Positions 49,700-64,000 of a stretch of 64,000 bases of DNA are shown here, piece by piece. Both the position numbers and the translations under genes were made by a program. Source of the stretch: Camelus ferus (lineage: Eukaryota); contig NC_045696.1 of the NCBI RefSeq assembly GCF_009834535.1, positions 80,230,001 to 80,294,000 of the forward strand. Direction: 5' to 3'. Position 1 is the first letter of the stretch. Every line of letters begins with the position of its first letter. The notes below the pieces were generated by a model, which did not search any database, had not been told where the DNA came from, and worked only from the letters and a program-made list of their open reading frames with translations.

Positions 49700-51795
49700 A
49701 AATGATATGATCAACAGATAAGTGAATATACAAAATGTGGTCTGTACCTAAAAGGGAATATTATTCAGCCTTAAAAAGAAATTCTGACCCATGCTTCGAC
49801 ATGCATGGAACCTTGAAGACATTATGCTAAATCAAACCAGACATGAAAGAACAAAAATTGCATAACTCTCTTTACATGAAGTATCTAAAATAGTCAAATT
49901 CATGAAAAAAGAAAGTAGTATGGTGATTACCAGGGGCTGGGGGAAGGGAAAAATGAGGAGTTATTATTTAGTGGTTACAAAGTTTTAGTTTGGGATAGTG
50001 AAATGTTCTGGAGATGGCTAGCAGTGATGGTTGCACAACTGTGTGAATGTACTTAATGCCACTGACTTGTACACTCAAAAATGGTTAAATGGTAAATTTT
50101 ATGTTATGGATATTTTATCCCAATACAGTAATCAAAACAGTGTGGTACTGGTGCAAAAACAGGCATGTAGATCAATAGAACAAAAATAGAAAGCCCACAA
50201 ATGAACCCACACACCCATGGGCAATTAATCTATGACGAAGGAAGCAAGAATGTACAACGGAGAAAAGACAGTCTCAAAAAAAAATGTGACAATGAATATA
50301 TGTATGTTCATGTATAACTGAAAAAATATGCTCTACACTGGAATTTGACACAACATTGTAAAATGACTAGAACTCAACAAAAAAAGTTTCAAAAAAAAAA
50401 AGACAGTCTCTTCAATAAGTGGTGCTGGGAAAATTAAACAGCTACATGTAAAAGAATGAAATTAGAGCATTTCCTCACACCATATACAAAAACAAACTCA
50501 AAACGGATTAAAGTCTTAAATGTAAGTTCTGAAACTGTAAAACTCTTAGAAGAGAACATAGGCAGAACACTCTTTGGCATAAATTGTAGCAATACTTTTT
50601 TTTTTTGGATTTGTCTTCTAAGGCAAAAGAAACAAAAGCAGAAATAAACACATAGAACCTAATTAAATTTAAAAGCTTCAGTGTAACCTCTATCAAAATC
50701 CTAATGTCATTTTTTACAGAAATAGAAAAAGATTTCTCTTATTTCATAAGGAACCATAAAATACCCTGAATAGCCAAAGCAATCTTGAGCAAGAACAAAG
50801 CTGTAGGCATCACATTTCCTGATTTCAAAATATATTACAGTAATCAAAACAGTGTTATATTAGCATAAGGATAGACAGATGGACAAATGGAATAAAACTG
50901 AGAGTCCAGTAACAAACCCATACATCTTTGACCAGCTGATTTTTGACAAGAGTGCCAATGCCCTTCTGTGGAGGAAAGAATAGTCTCTTTAATAAACATT
51001 GCTAGAACAATTGAATATCCATATGCCAAAGAATGAACTTGGATTTCTATCTTACTCCGTATAAAAAATTAACTCAAAAAGGATCATAGACCTAAATAGA
51101 AGAGCAAAAACTAAATTCTTAGAAAACATAGAAGTAAACCCTCTCTTGTATTTGTATTTGACGTTGGATTTTAGATATGATATCAAAAGTATGAGCAACA
51201 GAAGAAAAAATAGACAAACTGGACTTCATCAAGTTAAAAACTTTTGTACATAAAAACATTATCAAGAAAGTGAAAAGCCAGCCTTCAGAATGTGAGAAAA
51301 TATTTGCAAATCATATTTGGGACATACAAAGGACTTATAGCCAGACTACATAAAGAACTCTTACAACTTAACAACAGAAAGACAAATAACACAATTAAAA
51401 ACTAGACAAAGATCAAAACTACAATGAGACATCAATTTATACCAATTAGGATGACTACTATTAAAAAAAGACAACAACAATTGTTGGTGAGGATGTGGAG
51501 AAATTGGCACCATCATACATTGTTGTTGAGAGTTTAAAATGGTGTAGCTTCTGTGAGAAACAATTTGATGGTTTCTCAGAAAGTTAAACATAGAATTACC
51601 ATATGACCTAGCAGTTCTACCCATAAGTGGATCTCCAAGAGCAATAAAAACATATTTAAATACTTGAACACGAATCTTCATAGCAGCACTATTTACAATA
51701 GACCAAAGGAAGAAACAATCCAAATATCCATTTTTATCTTGATGAATGGATAAAGAAAATGTGATATATACATACAATGAAATATTACTCAGCCA
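49700..51795 (+). mobile_element. Nested cluster of L1 fragments
   Basis: Several L1 3' and ORF2 pieces ([12 protein letters not shown] etc.) with abrupt junctions. Confidence 0.85.
50276..50397 (+). mobile_element. Very short young L1 3' tail, same family as 47008-48670
   Basis: TSD aaaagacagtctc at 50263-50275 and 50398-50410; matches 48485-48630. Confidence 0.88.
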
Positions 51796-54700
51796 GATAT
51801 GTATTGTTTAGGATACAAATGTATGAATCTATGAAGAAAATCACTAGTATGAAAAAGACCTAATTCCAAAGTGAAGGGACAGGGTGTGAATGTTGAAGAT
51901 CTCAAGGGAGCATCAAAGGTAATGGTGATGCTCTTAATCCGGATATGTGTCCAAAGTGTTGATTCTCATTAGCACAGTTTTTTATACCTTACAACATAAT
52001 CTCATATATTCCTAATAGTTTATCATTTAAATTTCATCTGAATGGTATTGGTAATCATGCCAAGCCAGAGATTTGGGCAGAGGGAGAATGCACTACTCTG
52101 TGATCTACCAAAGTGTTTTTTTTAAAAAAACATGCCTTATTGGGTCTTTTGAATTGCAAAAGAAATTCATGTTGGTTGTGATGAGTGAAATGTAGAAACA
52201 TATGAAGAAAAAGTTAAGAATCAATAATCCTTTCACTCTCCTCCCACCATGAAGAATTCAATGATAAATTGAAGTGCCCTTTTATAGCTTTCTGCTTACA
52301 CAAGCATATGTAGCCATATTCCAGCTTTATTAATGTTTTAATTTTATAAATGGGAATATATATATATAATTATATATATATGCACACACACACAAGTGTG
52401 TGTGTATAAAACTCAGAAACTCATTGATTTAACAGTACATAGACCCCTTTCCAGATAAAAAGATGTAGATCTAATTGATTCTTCTGAAATACTGCATAAT
52501 ACCTCACCATCTGACAAGACCCTAGTTTATCCCGCCATTCGTTTGTTCCCAGTTATTTGTCACTACAAGTCATGCTACAATGAACATCTTTGTCCTTGAT
52601 CCTTATATTCTGGGTCTTACATTAGGATTACTAGGCTGATTTAACATTTTCGATGTTAAAAATAACTGATTACTTTCCTGAACGTTTGCCCCCAGTTCTC
52701 ATTCTGGGCAGCAGGAAGGAGAACTCCCTGTTCCTGATGTGATCATTGGGGATGGTTACTACTTCTGTTCTTGTTTACTGACCTGGTGAGTGAAAACAGT
52801 ACCCAATTTGTATGTTAAGCATCAATGCTCTTTATTATGGTCAGCAAAGGTGGGCTCACTGCTCATCAGTGCTTCCTGGGGAGCATTTAGAAACGCTGAC
52901 GCCTGGGCTTCACCACAGACCTGCTGAAGCAGCATCTTTGGAGAGGGACCCAGGAATCCTTTTGTGTTTCCCCAAATGTTTTCCCCAAATTTCACCAAAT
53001 GATTCTGATACAGCTCGCTGAGCACACATCCATCCACAGGCAACTGGAAACCTTGAATAGAACCTCTATCCAGAGTTGAGAAAGCTAAATTTCAAAAACT
53101 GCGATTTATGAATTAAGTATTTAAGAAAACAATGTACCCAGATAATCATTATGGTTAGAAATTCAAACATTCAATTTACATGCAACATTTGAAGTCCATG
53201 AATTGTTTGAAACAAGGGATACCTGCATGTCCCTTTCTCTGCTTTAGAGGTAAAGCCCAAGACAGGACACAGCTTCGAAGTGGATAGTTTAGAATGACAA
53301 TTTTCTGGTCCTTCTGGTCTTAAAGGGCATGACTACTGCATATCTGATCTTTTTGAAAATGAAATAAAATCAGGGGAGTTCTAGCCCATCATTGATGGAT
53401 TTTTGTCCCGTGAAACTTCATCACTTGAAGAATAGAGTTCTTCTATTCTGCTACTTCAGGTTTTATCAGGATGTATCTGGGCAGAGCAAGGAAAGAGATT
53501 TTTAAAGACAGTGACCCTTCAGGAGAGGCCAGCTCAGCTGTTTGACAGGTGCCTGGACAGGCTTGAGTAGCAAGGGGAGACACTCTCTCCTCTGCCCTCC
53601 TTGAGACCAGAAAGGGGCCACCTTATTGTCTCATACCAGGAGGAGCCAGCAGGTGGCGAGGTTCTCTTATTTTCTTCAAAGCCCCAAGTGTTTAAAGATG
53701 GGAGAGAAAAAATGGCTTCAAATTCTCTGTTTGGATAAAACAAAAGTGAAGAGGGCAAGATGCATGTTGCAGCCTCTCGGTGTCTCAGACATTAGCACCC
53801 ACCTGGCAGGGGGCTTGTGAGGAAATTATTGATATATGTGAAGTGCTGAGACACTGCCTAGCGAGTTCTACAGACTCAATAAGCTTCTTTTAAAAAATGA
53901 AAAGTTAAAATTAAGAAAGCCTCTGGTGTTTTTATGCTGAGTTCCATACCAGATTCCTGTTTATTCTTAAAATCCCCTACAAAGTCATATCTATGTCAAA
54001 ACTGAAAACGACCTAGTTAAAATAGAAATGTAAGTAGAAAACAGGATTCAAGGACTTCCTGTTTTTAGTGAAAATCAATGAATGTACCGAACTCCCAAGC
54101 CTACGAAACGGATAAATTTAAGAGATTGCAAAGGAGTCTTTATTTTAAAAAGAGATTTATCACAGACTTCCTTAAAAAGTAAATTTCCTTTCTACCTCAA
54201 GAATTTGATTCAACGTATTAAATTCAATTTGTTTCTGACTGTGAAGTGAACTGAAGGTATAAGGGTAATTTGTGAAGCTGATCATTTGGCTTCTACATCC
54301 TTTGCTTCCCAGTTTTGTAGATTTTCCCCTTTCCTATAACCGCCGCACATTACCTGTCTCCACAACCCCTCCAGGAGGGGCACAGGCAGTGGGTGAAGAT
54401 TGGGAAGAAATACAAGAGGAAGGCCCTTTACCACCACCACCACCCCACCCCCCCACACACATGGGAAGCTCATCACAGGACTGGGAAGTGAAGGGTGACT
54501 TGGATGTGGGGCCGTTTGCACTTGGGCATTCTTCTCGTGGGGGGCAGGTGTCACTCTAGGGAAGTAATAATGTGGAAGGGGAGGAGGGTGCTCAATTCCG
54601 GGTGCTCTGATTTGCATGTTCACTTAATCCCCACAAAAACCTTGGGACGAAAGGATAGGGATAATCATCCGTTTACATATGAAGAGACTGCGGTCACAGG

Positions 54701-55689
54701 GCTAGCAGGTGGAAGAGCCAGTCTTGCCCTTAGGTTTGTCTGATTCTACAGCGCAAGTGTCAGACGCCACTGGGGTGGGCTATGCTAGAACAGGAGCAAG
54801 GGGTCACGTGAAGATGAGATTTCCAATGTAGTTCTAGGAAAACAAACAAACAAAACCCAGTGTTAGCATAAGCTCCACCAACTCAGCTATGAACATAACT
54901 TACTTCTGTGACACTTGACCCCCTAATCAAAACCAAAATCCTTTAATGTTATCTCTTAGAAAACAGGCCGTTTAGTGCAGTGTGCTAGTATATACACTGG
55001 TATCAGATAGATCTGATTTTCCACATTCTTTATACTAGTGAGATAATAATTATTTTCATTATTCCTTGTGACAATGTATAAAGTAATAATCACCACATCT
55101 GGGGGACTCTAAAATGTGTCCAAGCAAAAAAGAACAAACACAAGAATGTGACAGATACAGAATTAGAGAAGAGGTTTTTTTGTTTGTTTGTTTGTTTTTT
55201 AGCAAACTTAGAGTATTTCCTGCTGGTGAAGATGGGACAATAAGAACAAAACTGCTTTATCTAAAACTGATTCTCATATTTTTTTGATAATTAAGGAATG
55301 CTGAATTAAGTAGCAACAAATCACCTGAAAATGTGAGTGAAACAATGACCAAAAAAATTGTCTCATAATACATTTTCTAAATGTATTAAGAGACTTGAGT
55401 ATTTTAATATAATCTCTGATGCAAATTTTAAAGTGATTGTTTTAACAGCCTGTGCTCTAAAATATATACAAATTTGTCTTGGAAGTATAGAATACTCTGG
55501 ATTATTCATTAGGCTGGCCTCATGTTTTAAAATAAGTCTGCAGCCATACAGCCATCATAGATTCCATCAAATCACTTACCAGTGGGTAGTATGTATACTC
55601 TTTCAGAGATTCAGTCCAGAAGAAGCATCGTGCTCTTTTTCCTTAACCTGTTTAGACAAGTGGAGGGAACCAGATGCAGTCTGCCCAAA

Positions 55690-56225
55690 GCAATTTATTA
55701 GTGAGGATTCCAGTTGGCGTGGTTTCAGCAGCTTTTAACAGAAGATCAACTCCATTGGCACCAATAACAAAAAGCCCAAGGTAGGGTGATTCCAGGCTTG
55801 GTTAAGTCAGGGGCTCCTTGCCATCTCTGAGGAGGCAGGTCCCTCATTTTTCTGCTATGCTTTGCTTGTAACGTTGGCTTTTGACCCCGGGCTCGCAGGA
55901 TGGCTGCAGCAGATTCAAGTACTTCACCACATTAAAGGCTCCCTTGTGTCCTTTTTTAAGACTGAGAAAAACTCTTCCACACTCAGTGTTCAGAATTATA
56001 GACATGCTCATTCCTGAATCATTCACTGGCAAGGAAAACGGAATTTCCATGATTGTTTTAGATTAATTGTGATTATCCTCCCTAGGACTGGGGAAAGCTC
56101 TAGCCTTTTCTAAAGCATGCAGTCTCCTGACAGCTGAACAATGTCAAGGTTCTGATCACAGAGAGGATGAGTGGATGGAACGGCTGCAAGGTGGGTGCTC
56201 TGCAGTGTCTGCCATGTTGTCAGGA
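55690..56225 (-). mobile_element. Old MLT1-type LTR
   Basis: ttccaggcttggttaagtcagg...cattcctgaatcattcactggcaagg; related piece at ~56545-56880. Confidence 0.6.
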
Positions 56226-56971
56226 AGAGCCTAGGAGGAATGGCTCCAGAAGCAGGGCTGGTGCCTTCAGGGTGTTTGCCTTGTTGAGGGGAGAGTAAAT
56301 GTTGAAGAATAACTAACTGGGCAATATCATTCCTTTTTTCTGATTTGATATGGCAGTCTCAACCCCTGATGACTTGTCGGGGAAAGGTAAAGTATTGTGA
56401 TTATGTCTTGTTAAAAGATGCATGAAATTCCCCACATGGAGGAGTCAGTGGTTCAGTATTATATTTGTTACTAAAAGAAATTTGAGGTGGGGGAGAACAT
56501 AATTGAATTAATTAGGATACTTTCGCTTCAATTCACAGAAACCCCATCTGTGATAGGCAGACACAGTAGGAAAATTCGTCTTTCATCACAGGAAGTCCAG
56601 GGGTGGGGCAGGCTCCAGGGTTGGTTGATCTGATTCTTTCCGTCTCTTGGCCTTGTGGTCCTCAGTGTTGGCTTCATCCTCAGGTTAGTGGCTGTAGTGA
56701 TTCTGGGTGTCACAGCTAGTCAAGACAAAGTCCAAAAGGGGGAGAATGGCAGCTGTCCATTAGGGATGGGAAGACTGTCCCCAGATGCCCCTCAGCATAC
56801 TTCTTCTCCTGTTTCACTGGCCAGAGTTAGTCACATGTCCATTCCTGAGTCCATCACTGCTTGGAGAGCTGACTTCATAGACATCTAGGCTGTAAGAATT
56901 CCAACTGCAAGTTGGTCTTTATTGTAATTGGGATAACAATACCCCTCATTCTGTAACCCAGCTGATCTAGA

Positions 56972-57185
56972 TCAGAGGTCAGCAAACTAATCCGGCCCAT
57001 CACATATTTTTGTAAGTGAAGTTTTATTGGAACACAGCCCCATCTATTTTTTTTTAATGTATTGTTGATGGCTGCTTTTATGCTACAATGACAGTTTAGT
57101 TGTGACAGAGGACCAAATGGCCTCCAAAGCCTAAAATATTTTCTCTCTGATTCTTTACAGAAAAAGTTTGTCCACTCTGATCTAA
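56972..57185. mobile_element. MER58A-like hAT element
   Basis: cagaggtcagcaaact...gttttattggaacacagcc...aaagtttgtccactctg. Confidence 0.8.
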
Positions 57186-57269
57186 AGTTAACTGCAGTAC
57201 TTCCTTTCATTTGTTTTAAACTACCTTCTAAAATGGCAACTTTCAGTTTTATTATGCGAGGAAGGAGTG

Positions 57270-57769
57270 TGTGGTGGTTAATTTTGTGTCAACTTGCCTG
57301 GCCGTGGAGAGCCCAGGTTAAATTATTTCTAGGGTGTCTGTGAAGGTGTTTCTAGGTGAGATTAGCATTTGGGTTGGTGGACTCAGTAAAGATTTCTCTG
57401 CGATACTTGTGGGCATCATCCAAACCCTTGAGGGTCTGAATAGAACAAAAGGCAGAGGAAGGAGGAATCTACCCCTTTTTCCCACCTCACTATTGAGCTG
57501 GGACATCTCATCTTGTCTTTTCCTTCCCTCAGGTTGGGATTTATGCCATTGGCTCCCCTGGTTCCCAGGTCTTCAGGTTCAGAGTGAATTATACCACTGA
57601 CTTTCCTGGGCCTCCAGCTTGCAGATGGCAGGTAATGGGACATCTCATTCTCTATAATTACATGAGCCAATAGTAAATCATTAACACTCTCTTATTTATA
57701 TGTATTCTGTGTGTGTGTGTGTGTGTGTTCCTACTGGCTCTGTTTCTCTGGAGAATCCTGACTATTACA
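57270..57769 (+). mobile_element. MLT2 (ERVL) LTR
   Basis: tgtggtggttaattttgtgtcaacttg...ggagaatcctgactattaca. Confidence 0.88.
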
Positions 57770-57936
57770 GGGTGAAACCTGTGTTCGTCTTATCCATAGT
57801 TTTATGATAAGATGTATTTTACCCATTACCTTTGTGAGTTTTCCAAATTGAAGTCACCTGATCTACATAAGATACCTACATAAAGTCAAGCCTCTGAGTT
57901 TCCCAACAGATTTACACTGCTTATACAGGGTCCAGC

Positions 57937-58178
57937 CAGTGGAGTGCAGGGCCCACTTTGTACTGACTTGTAAGAGCCAATTGCTAGCATGGTTTTCAAA
58001 CTCTGCCTTCAGGGTCTTGGTAGCATGAAATTGACCCATGGTGGGGGGAGTAGATACACCACAGAAATTGGCAAACATTTCAAATAGAGGTTGCTGGTTG
58101 GTTTTTTTTTGTTTGTTTGTTTTTGTTTTTTTTCTTTTTTTATCCTTGAGATCTGGTTGTTAAACATTTACCACTGCC
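57937..58178 (-). mobile_element. MER63-like hAT element
   Basis: ggttgttaaacatttaccactg terminus with inverted cagtgg start. Confidence 0.55.
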
Positions 58179-58644
58179 CCATGGCTCTGGTGACTGTTAC
58201 TATAATCTACACACCTATCTCTGTTACATAACTGCATTACAGAGGATAAATACCAATGGTGATCAGGGCATTGCCAATACATTATCAGTTTGAAATGAAT
58301 CTGTAATCTGAACTAGTTAAATCCTTCTTGCCATGAAGCAATGTAGCCTGTGTTTTAAATTTTACATAGTTTTTGATTTGTACAGGTTTTTTTCTAAGTA
58401 ATATTCCTCTTAAATAGAACTGGCAGATGAAAAATGAAAGCAAAATATCCCTTAAACTATCTGAACTACATGCATATTTATATTTTATAATTTATGTAAA
58501 CCACTTATATGTGAGTAAATCCAAACATAGCTATCAGTGTACGGAGATTCAGTGTTCTGAATTCTCACTTTGTCCTGGAGTGAGAGTAACGCTCACTGGG
58601 ATCCAAAAGGAAGCCCTAGATTTGGAGAGACCTGCCTTAATAAA

Positions 58645-59250
58645 AAGACCACTCATTCATTTAAACAAGCATTTACTGAGCATCTACTAAGTCCCAGGCA
58701 ACAGTGGCTTACAAAAGACCTGGGCCCTGCTCACATAAGCTTCACAATCTAATGGGAGAGGTAGATGTTAAACAAATAACCGCATAAATGAGTACAAAAT
58801 TAACAGTGGAACCATAGGAGAGAAATACTGATCTTTGTAAGCCTGGGAACCTCCCACCCTACGGGGAATTGTAAGACGATCACAGACCTGGGTGCAGAGA
58901 GTAAGAGGGAGAGAGTTCCAAGTTGAAATCTACATTCCAGGGAAATCTGTTTTCCAAGAGATCCTGGAAAAGCATGCCAGCCATTGGGGGCTTAAGAACA
59001 ATTGGGGATCATTTGAAGGGTTTTAAGCAGGGGCACATCAGGATTAGATCCGTATTTTCAAAAGATTGCAGGGCTGCAGATGGCAAAATGATCATGGAAT
59101 GGGAAGAACAAACAGAGGGAGAGCAGTCCTTTGGCTACTGCAGTAGTTCTGGCAGGGGATTATGGAGGCTCAAACTAGGGCAATAGCAGAAGATATGGTG
59201 AGAAGTGGCTGGGAACACATCTGAACTGACTGGCCTTCCCATGAAACACT
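58645..59250 (+). mobile_element. L2 fragments
   Basis: cattcatttaaacaagcatttactgagcatctact; gaagggttttaagcagggg. Confidence 0.7.
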
Positions 59251-59744
59251 TCAACTGGCTTCCAGGAGTTTATAATATAATTGAAGAGACAACTCACAAG
59301 TGTGAAATCACAGAAACACTGCATAAATAGGAAGTAAGCTGAGACGGTCAAATTCTGAGGGACATAGGAACTGAGAACAAGAAATGGGTCAGAACTCCGC
59401 TGGTTAAGATTTTGAGAGAGCAGCCAGGGGCAGGAGGAGGCAGGACGGTGAGGGGAGGAGAGGATGACACATGATGGGATGAAGAACACACCTTGCCGGG
59501 GAGGCAGCGTCAGGGCAAGTTACAAGAACTTGAGAAGGTCAGAGTTTGAAAGACTTGATGTGAGATTAAAGAATGAGCCACTAAAAATGTTTTACATAGG
59601 AAGGATACAAGATGAAAGTCAGCTTTGAAGAAGTTTAGTTTTATCAAATTCTTATGGATAATTAGACTGAGGAGAACTTGCTGCTTTTGTGGTTGTTGAG
59701 TGGGGGACTGGACTTAGATGGTGCAATTAAGAATGAAGATGAGA

Positions 59745-60886
59745 CCTGGAGGAAAACATAGGCAGAATACTCTTTGACATAATTGCAGCAATATTTTTGG
59801 AGGTCCATCTCCTATAGTAAAGGAAATAAAAGCAAAAATAAACAAATGGGACCCAATTAAACTTAAAAGCTTTTGCGCAGCAAAGGGAACCATAGACAAA
59901 ACGAAAAGACAACCTCCTGAATGGGAGAACATATTTGCAAATGACATGACAAATAAGGGATCAATATCCAACAGATATAAACAGCTCATGCAACTCAACA
60001 TCAAAAAAACACACAACCCGATTTTGGGGGCAGAAGAACTGAACAGATATTTCTCCAAAGAGGAAATGCAAATGACCAGCAAGCACATGAAAAGATGCTC
60101 AGCAACGCTAATCATCCGGGTAACGTAAATCAAAACCACAGTGAGGTATCACTTCTCACTGTCTGAATAGCTATCATCAAAAGGAATACAAATAACAAAT
60201 GTTGGCAAGGATGTGGAGAAAAGGGAACCTTCCTGCACTGCTGGTAGAAATGTAAATTGGTGCAGCCACTGTGGAAAACAGTACGGAGGTTTCTCAAAGA
60301 AACTAAAATTAGAACTACCATATGACTCAGAAATTCTACTCCTGGGTATATATCCGAAAAAAAACAACAACAACACTAATTTGAAAAGATACATGCACTC
60401 CAACATTTATAGCAGCATTATTTACAATTGCCAAGATATGGAAGCAACCTAACTGCCCATCAACAGATGAATGGATAAACAAGGTGTGACATGTATCCAA
60501 TGGAATACTGCTCAGCTATAAAAAAAGAATGAAATTTTGCCATTTGCAGCAACACAGATGGCCTTGGAGGGCATTATGCTAAGTGAAATAAGTCAAACAG
60601 AGAAAGACAAATACTGTATATCACTTATATGTGGAATCTAAAAAATACAACAAACTAGTGAACACAAAAAAAAGAAGCAGACTCAAAGATACAGAGAATA
60701 AACTAGGGACTACTAGCGGGGAGGGGGAAGGAGGGTCATTATAGGGCTGCGGGAGTTGGAGGCACAAACTATTATGTGTCAGGCTCAAAGATGTATTGTA
60801 CAACATGGAGAACAGAGGGAGCCAATATTTTGTAAGAACTGTAAATGAAAAGTAATCTTAAAAATTATATAAAAATTTTTAATTTT
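59745..60886 (+). mobile_element. 5'-truncated L1
   Basis: ORF2 C-terminal and 3'UTR motifs; imperfect TSD aagaatg(a/g)agat at ~59729 and ~60888. Confidence 0.9.
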
Positions 60887-61959
60887 AAAGAATGGAGATA
60901 AGGGATGGATATTAAGAACATCCAGTGGGTTGTAAATGATGCATTTGCTTTAGACATCATGATGAGCTTGATATGATAATGAGCTTTGTAGTAATAAGTA
61001 TCAGGTAGGCAAATAAAACGGTGGTTTTATTTGTATTCTCCTGAACTGTTTACAGTCCATATTGTCTTTCTTCACTGGTGTTCTCAAAAAGAACATTCCA
61101 TGATTTTTACAAAGGAAAAATTCTGCTTTCTAAAGCACTTGGCAAGTCTTTACAGAATGAAATATTTTGATACGTTGTCTTAAACTCGCATAAAATAGAA
61201 TCTTGACCTAATAAAATTAAAATGCCCAGTCATAGATTTTTTTTGTATTCTGTACCAGTTTTAATAATTATGGATTTTTAGAAAATTTGAATGAGAGGTA
61301 GAATCCTATTTTAGTGACCTTGATGAGATAAATAATTCATAGTACTTATCTCCCATTAGAATTAATATATATTGCAATCTATAGCAAAACAGATTTGGGA
61401 TATGTTGTTCATTTTTATAAAGAAACTCATACATTCATGTCTTGTTTACAGATCTTCTCTAGTTTATTAATAACCCACCTTTTTGTCAGAGATTGAAGTC
61501 CTTTTTATCCCTCCACCCTCCTACCTCTCAACCCTCCTGAAGTAAACTACCACCCAAATACCAATAGAATATTTCGTAGAAAAAATCTCAAATTTCAAAA
61601 ATCCAAACACATGACAAACAACAAATACCCCAAAAAAAAAAAAAAAAAAAAGCCACAGTGTCTTTGCTTCAGAGATTAGCCTAAGAGAGGACAACAACTG
61701 TTGAAGGCATCTGCTAAGTGGGATTTTTAATTTAATGGAATTTGTTGTAACTCTATCAGTAAAACACAATTGCTTTGCGCCATCTGTTGAAGCTTGGAAA
61801 CTGCCTTGCACATAAAGAACCGGATGTTACAATCATATCCATTTAAATGGAATACCATTTTTTACTAACTTTTCTTCTTTCCATTTATTTTCCAAGACTT
61901 TCAGGATCATTAGAAGATGAATTCATAAGAAAAAACATAATCTCAAGAGTCAATGGGAC

Positions 61960-62675
61960 AGCTCAACAAAAAATAAACAAACAACTTGATTAAAAAATGG
62001 GCAAAGGACTTGAATAGACGTTTCTCCAAAGAATATATTCAAACAGCCAATAAGTACATGAAAAAATGCTCAGCATCACTAACCATTAGGGAAATGCAAA
62101 TCAAAACCACAATGAAACACCACCTCACACACATTAGGATAACTATTACAAAACAGAAAAACAAACTGCAACAGAAAAAAAGGAGAATAAGTGTTGGCAA
62201 GGATGTAGCGAAACTGGAACCCCTGTGCACTGCTGGTAGGAATGTAAAATGGTGCAGCTCCTGTGGAAAACCATACAGCAGTTCCTTAAAAAATTAAAAA
62301 TAGAACTATTATATGATCCAGCAATTCCAATTTTGGGTAAATACCTAAAAGAATTGAAAGCGGGGCTCAAACAAATGTTTATACACCAATGTTTGTAGCA
62401 GCATGATTCCCAATAGCCAGAAGGTGGAAGTAAACATGTCCATTGATGAATGAACTGATAAGCAAAATGTGGTCAATTATACATACAATGGAATATTATT
62501 CAGCTTAAAAAGGAAGGAGATTCTGGCACGTGCTACAACATAGGTGAACCTTGAGGATATTAAACTAAATGAAATAACTCAATCATAAAAGAACAAACAC
62601 TGACAAGGGTACCTAAAGTAGTCAAATTCATAGAGAGAGAAAGTAGATGATCATTGCCAGGGCTGGGAAGAGGGC
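61960..62675 (+). mobile_element. Older L1 3' portion
   Basis: [18 protein letters not shown]...[13 protein letters not shown]. Confidence 0.88.
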
Positions 62676-62991
62676 ATTCTTCTTTTATTAAACCATAATT
62701 TTATTTTAATGTTATTCTGTGATGTACCTGTAGACTTATAAAATGCAGCATCATTTATAACAGTAAAAGATTATTAAAGCATACAAGCAAATAAAAAAGA
62801 TAAAACATTGGTTGAATGAAACTTAGGTGTATCTCTATGATGCAAACTATGTAACTTTCTCAAGATGGAGTACTACAAAACCATTTAATAAAGGAATATT
62901 GATGTTAAGAGAATTCTAGGACACAATGTTATGTTAATAGACCAAGATAGTGGACAGAATATATAGTATCTTATCTTTGTGTAGGCTGCAT

Positions 62992-62993
<2 letters not shown>

Positions 62994-63023
<30 letters not shown>
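62994..63023. repeat. (CA)n microsatellite
   Basis: Uninterrupted CA run. Confidence 0.95.
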
Positions 63024-63025
<2 letters not shown>

Positions 63026-64000
63026 ACAGAAACACACAGGACAGATAAACCAGAGCTAATTTTTTAATGATGTCAATTGGGAAGTATGAAAAGTGTGTAT
63101 GTAGCATTTTCCTGAATATTCTTTGGTTTATCACTTAAAATTTGACCATACATTGTTTCAAAGTTTTAACTGTCGGATCACATGAATGTTTTGTATATTC
63201 AAAACTAGAATTTAAATTTTTAAATTTAAATTAAATTAAAAATAAAATTTTTATTTTAAATAATTCCTAAAATTAAAAGTGACTGAAACAAATCTAACTG
63301 TTTATCAAATTAGTAACATAATCACACATAAAAAACATTACTTCAATTAATTTTAGAACATGTAATTATATGCACTTAGTAGGGTTTATTCTAAGGACAA
63401 AGAGAACTGCAAGACAGTCTCAAACTTTATTTGTCAAATTTACTATTAGTGGTAATGCTGTTATTAGTTTGAAATTATTTAATGCATACTATAACATAAC
63501 TATGTTTATGTTGTTAGAAACCAGGATGTTCAGTATAAATACAAAATCTAATACAGTAAGTAAATAATTGGAAATTGAACCAAAGTATTTCTATAAACTT
63601 AGGACTACTTAATCTTTTTGTATGGAAATAATTTCAAACAAAGAAAAATTGCAAGAATAGCACAAAGTAAATCATTTTAACCCTTTCCTAGATTCATTTA
63701 TTATTATCACTTTGCTCCATTTTCTTTATCATTGGCTCTATTTATCTGTACACACACAATCATTTTTCTGAAACAGATGCATAAATGATGTTAAGTCTGT
63801 ATTTTAAGAATAAGAATATTTTCTTTAACACAGTTATCAACTCCAGTAAACTTAACTTTGATTCAATACAGCTATCTAATCTATCATCCATATTCTAAGT
63901 TTGTCACTTAAGCCAATACTGTCCTTCATGGAAGTTATTTCCTTCCAGTCTGGGATGAAGAATTACAGTTAGTTGTTATATCTCTTTTGTTTTCTTTAGT

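Overview
Mammalian genomic DNA, most likely camelid (Vic-1-type tRNA-derived SINEs and a young camelid-like L1; species not provable here). It holds one complete protein-coding gene, TNFSF10 (TRAIL), on the + strand: 5 exons, CDS join 32168-32299, 37655-37792, 41335-41377, 44804-44908, 46530-46981 = 870 nt, 289 aa, all introns GT-AG. The rest is mostly L1, L2, MIR, SINE, LTR and DNA-transposon relics; nearly all other ORFs in the track are L1 fragments or chance ORFs. The main interest is regulatory. (1) Sequence matching my recollection of the human TRAIL proximal promoter lies ~7.6 kb upstream (~24200-24515). Exon 1 is instead preceded by a truncated sense LTR (CCAAT + TATA, no polyA signal) and an IRF/ISRE-Sp1-ETS/CRE module, suggesting promoter displacement or replacement. 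(2) A 1.66 kb sense L1 with a perfect 17-bp TSD sits 26 nt after the stop codon and splits the 3'UTR. (3) A ~900 bp CA-rich minisatellite lies just upstream of skippable exon 3. (4) The protein has an extra Cys at the human Y213 position, and a TRAILshort-like alternative frame is intact. All human comparisons and repeat family names are from memory and need alignment or RepeatMasker checks.
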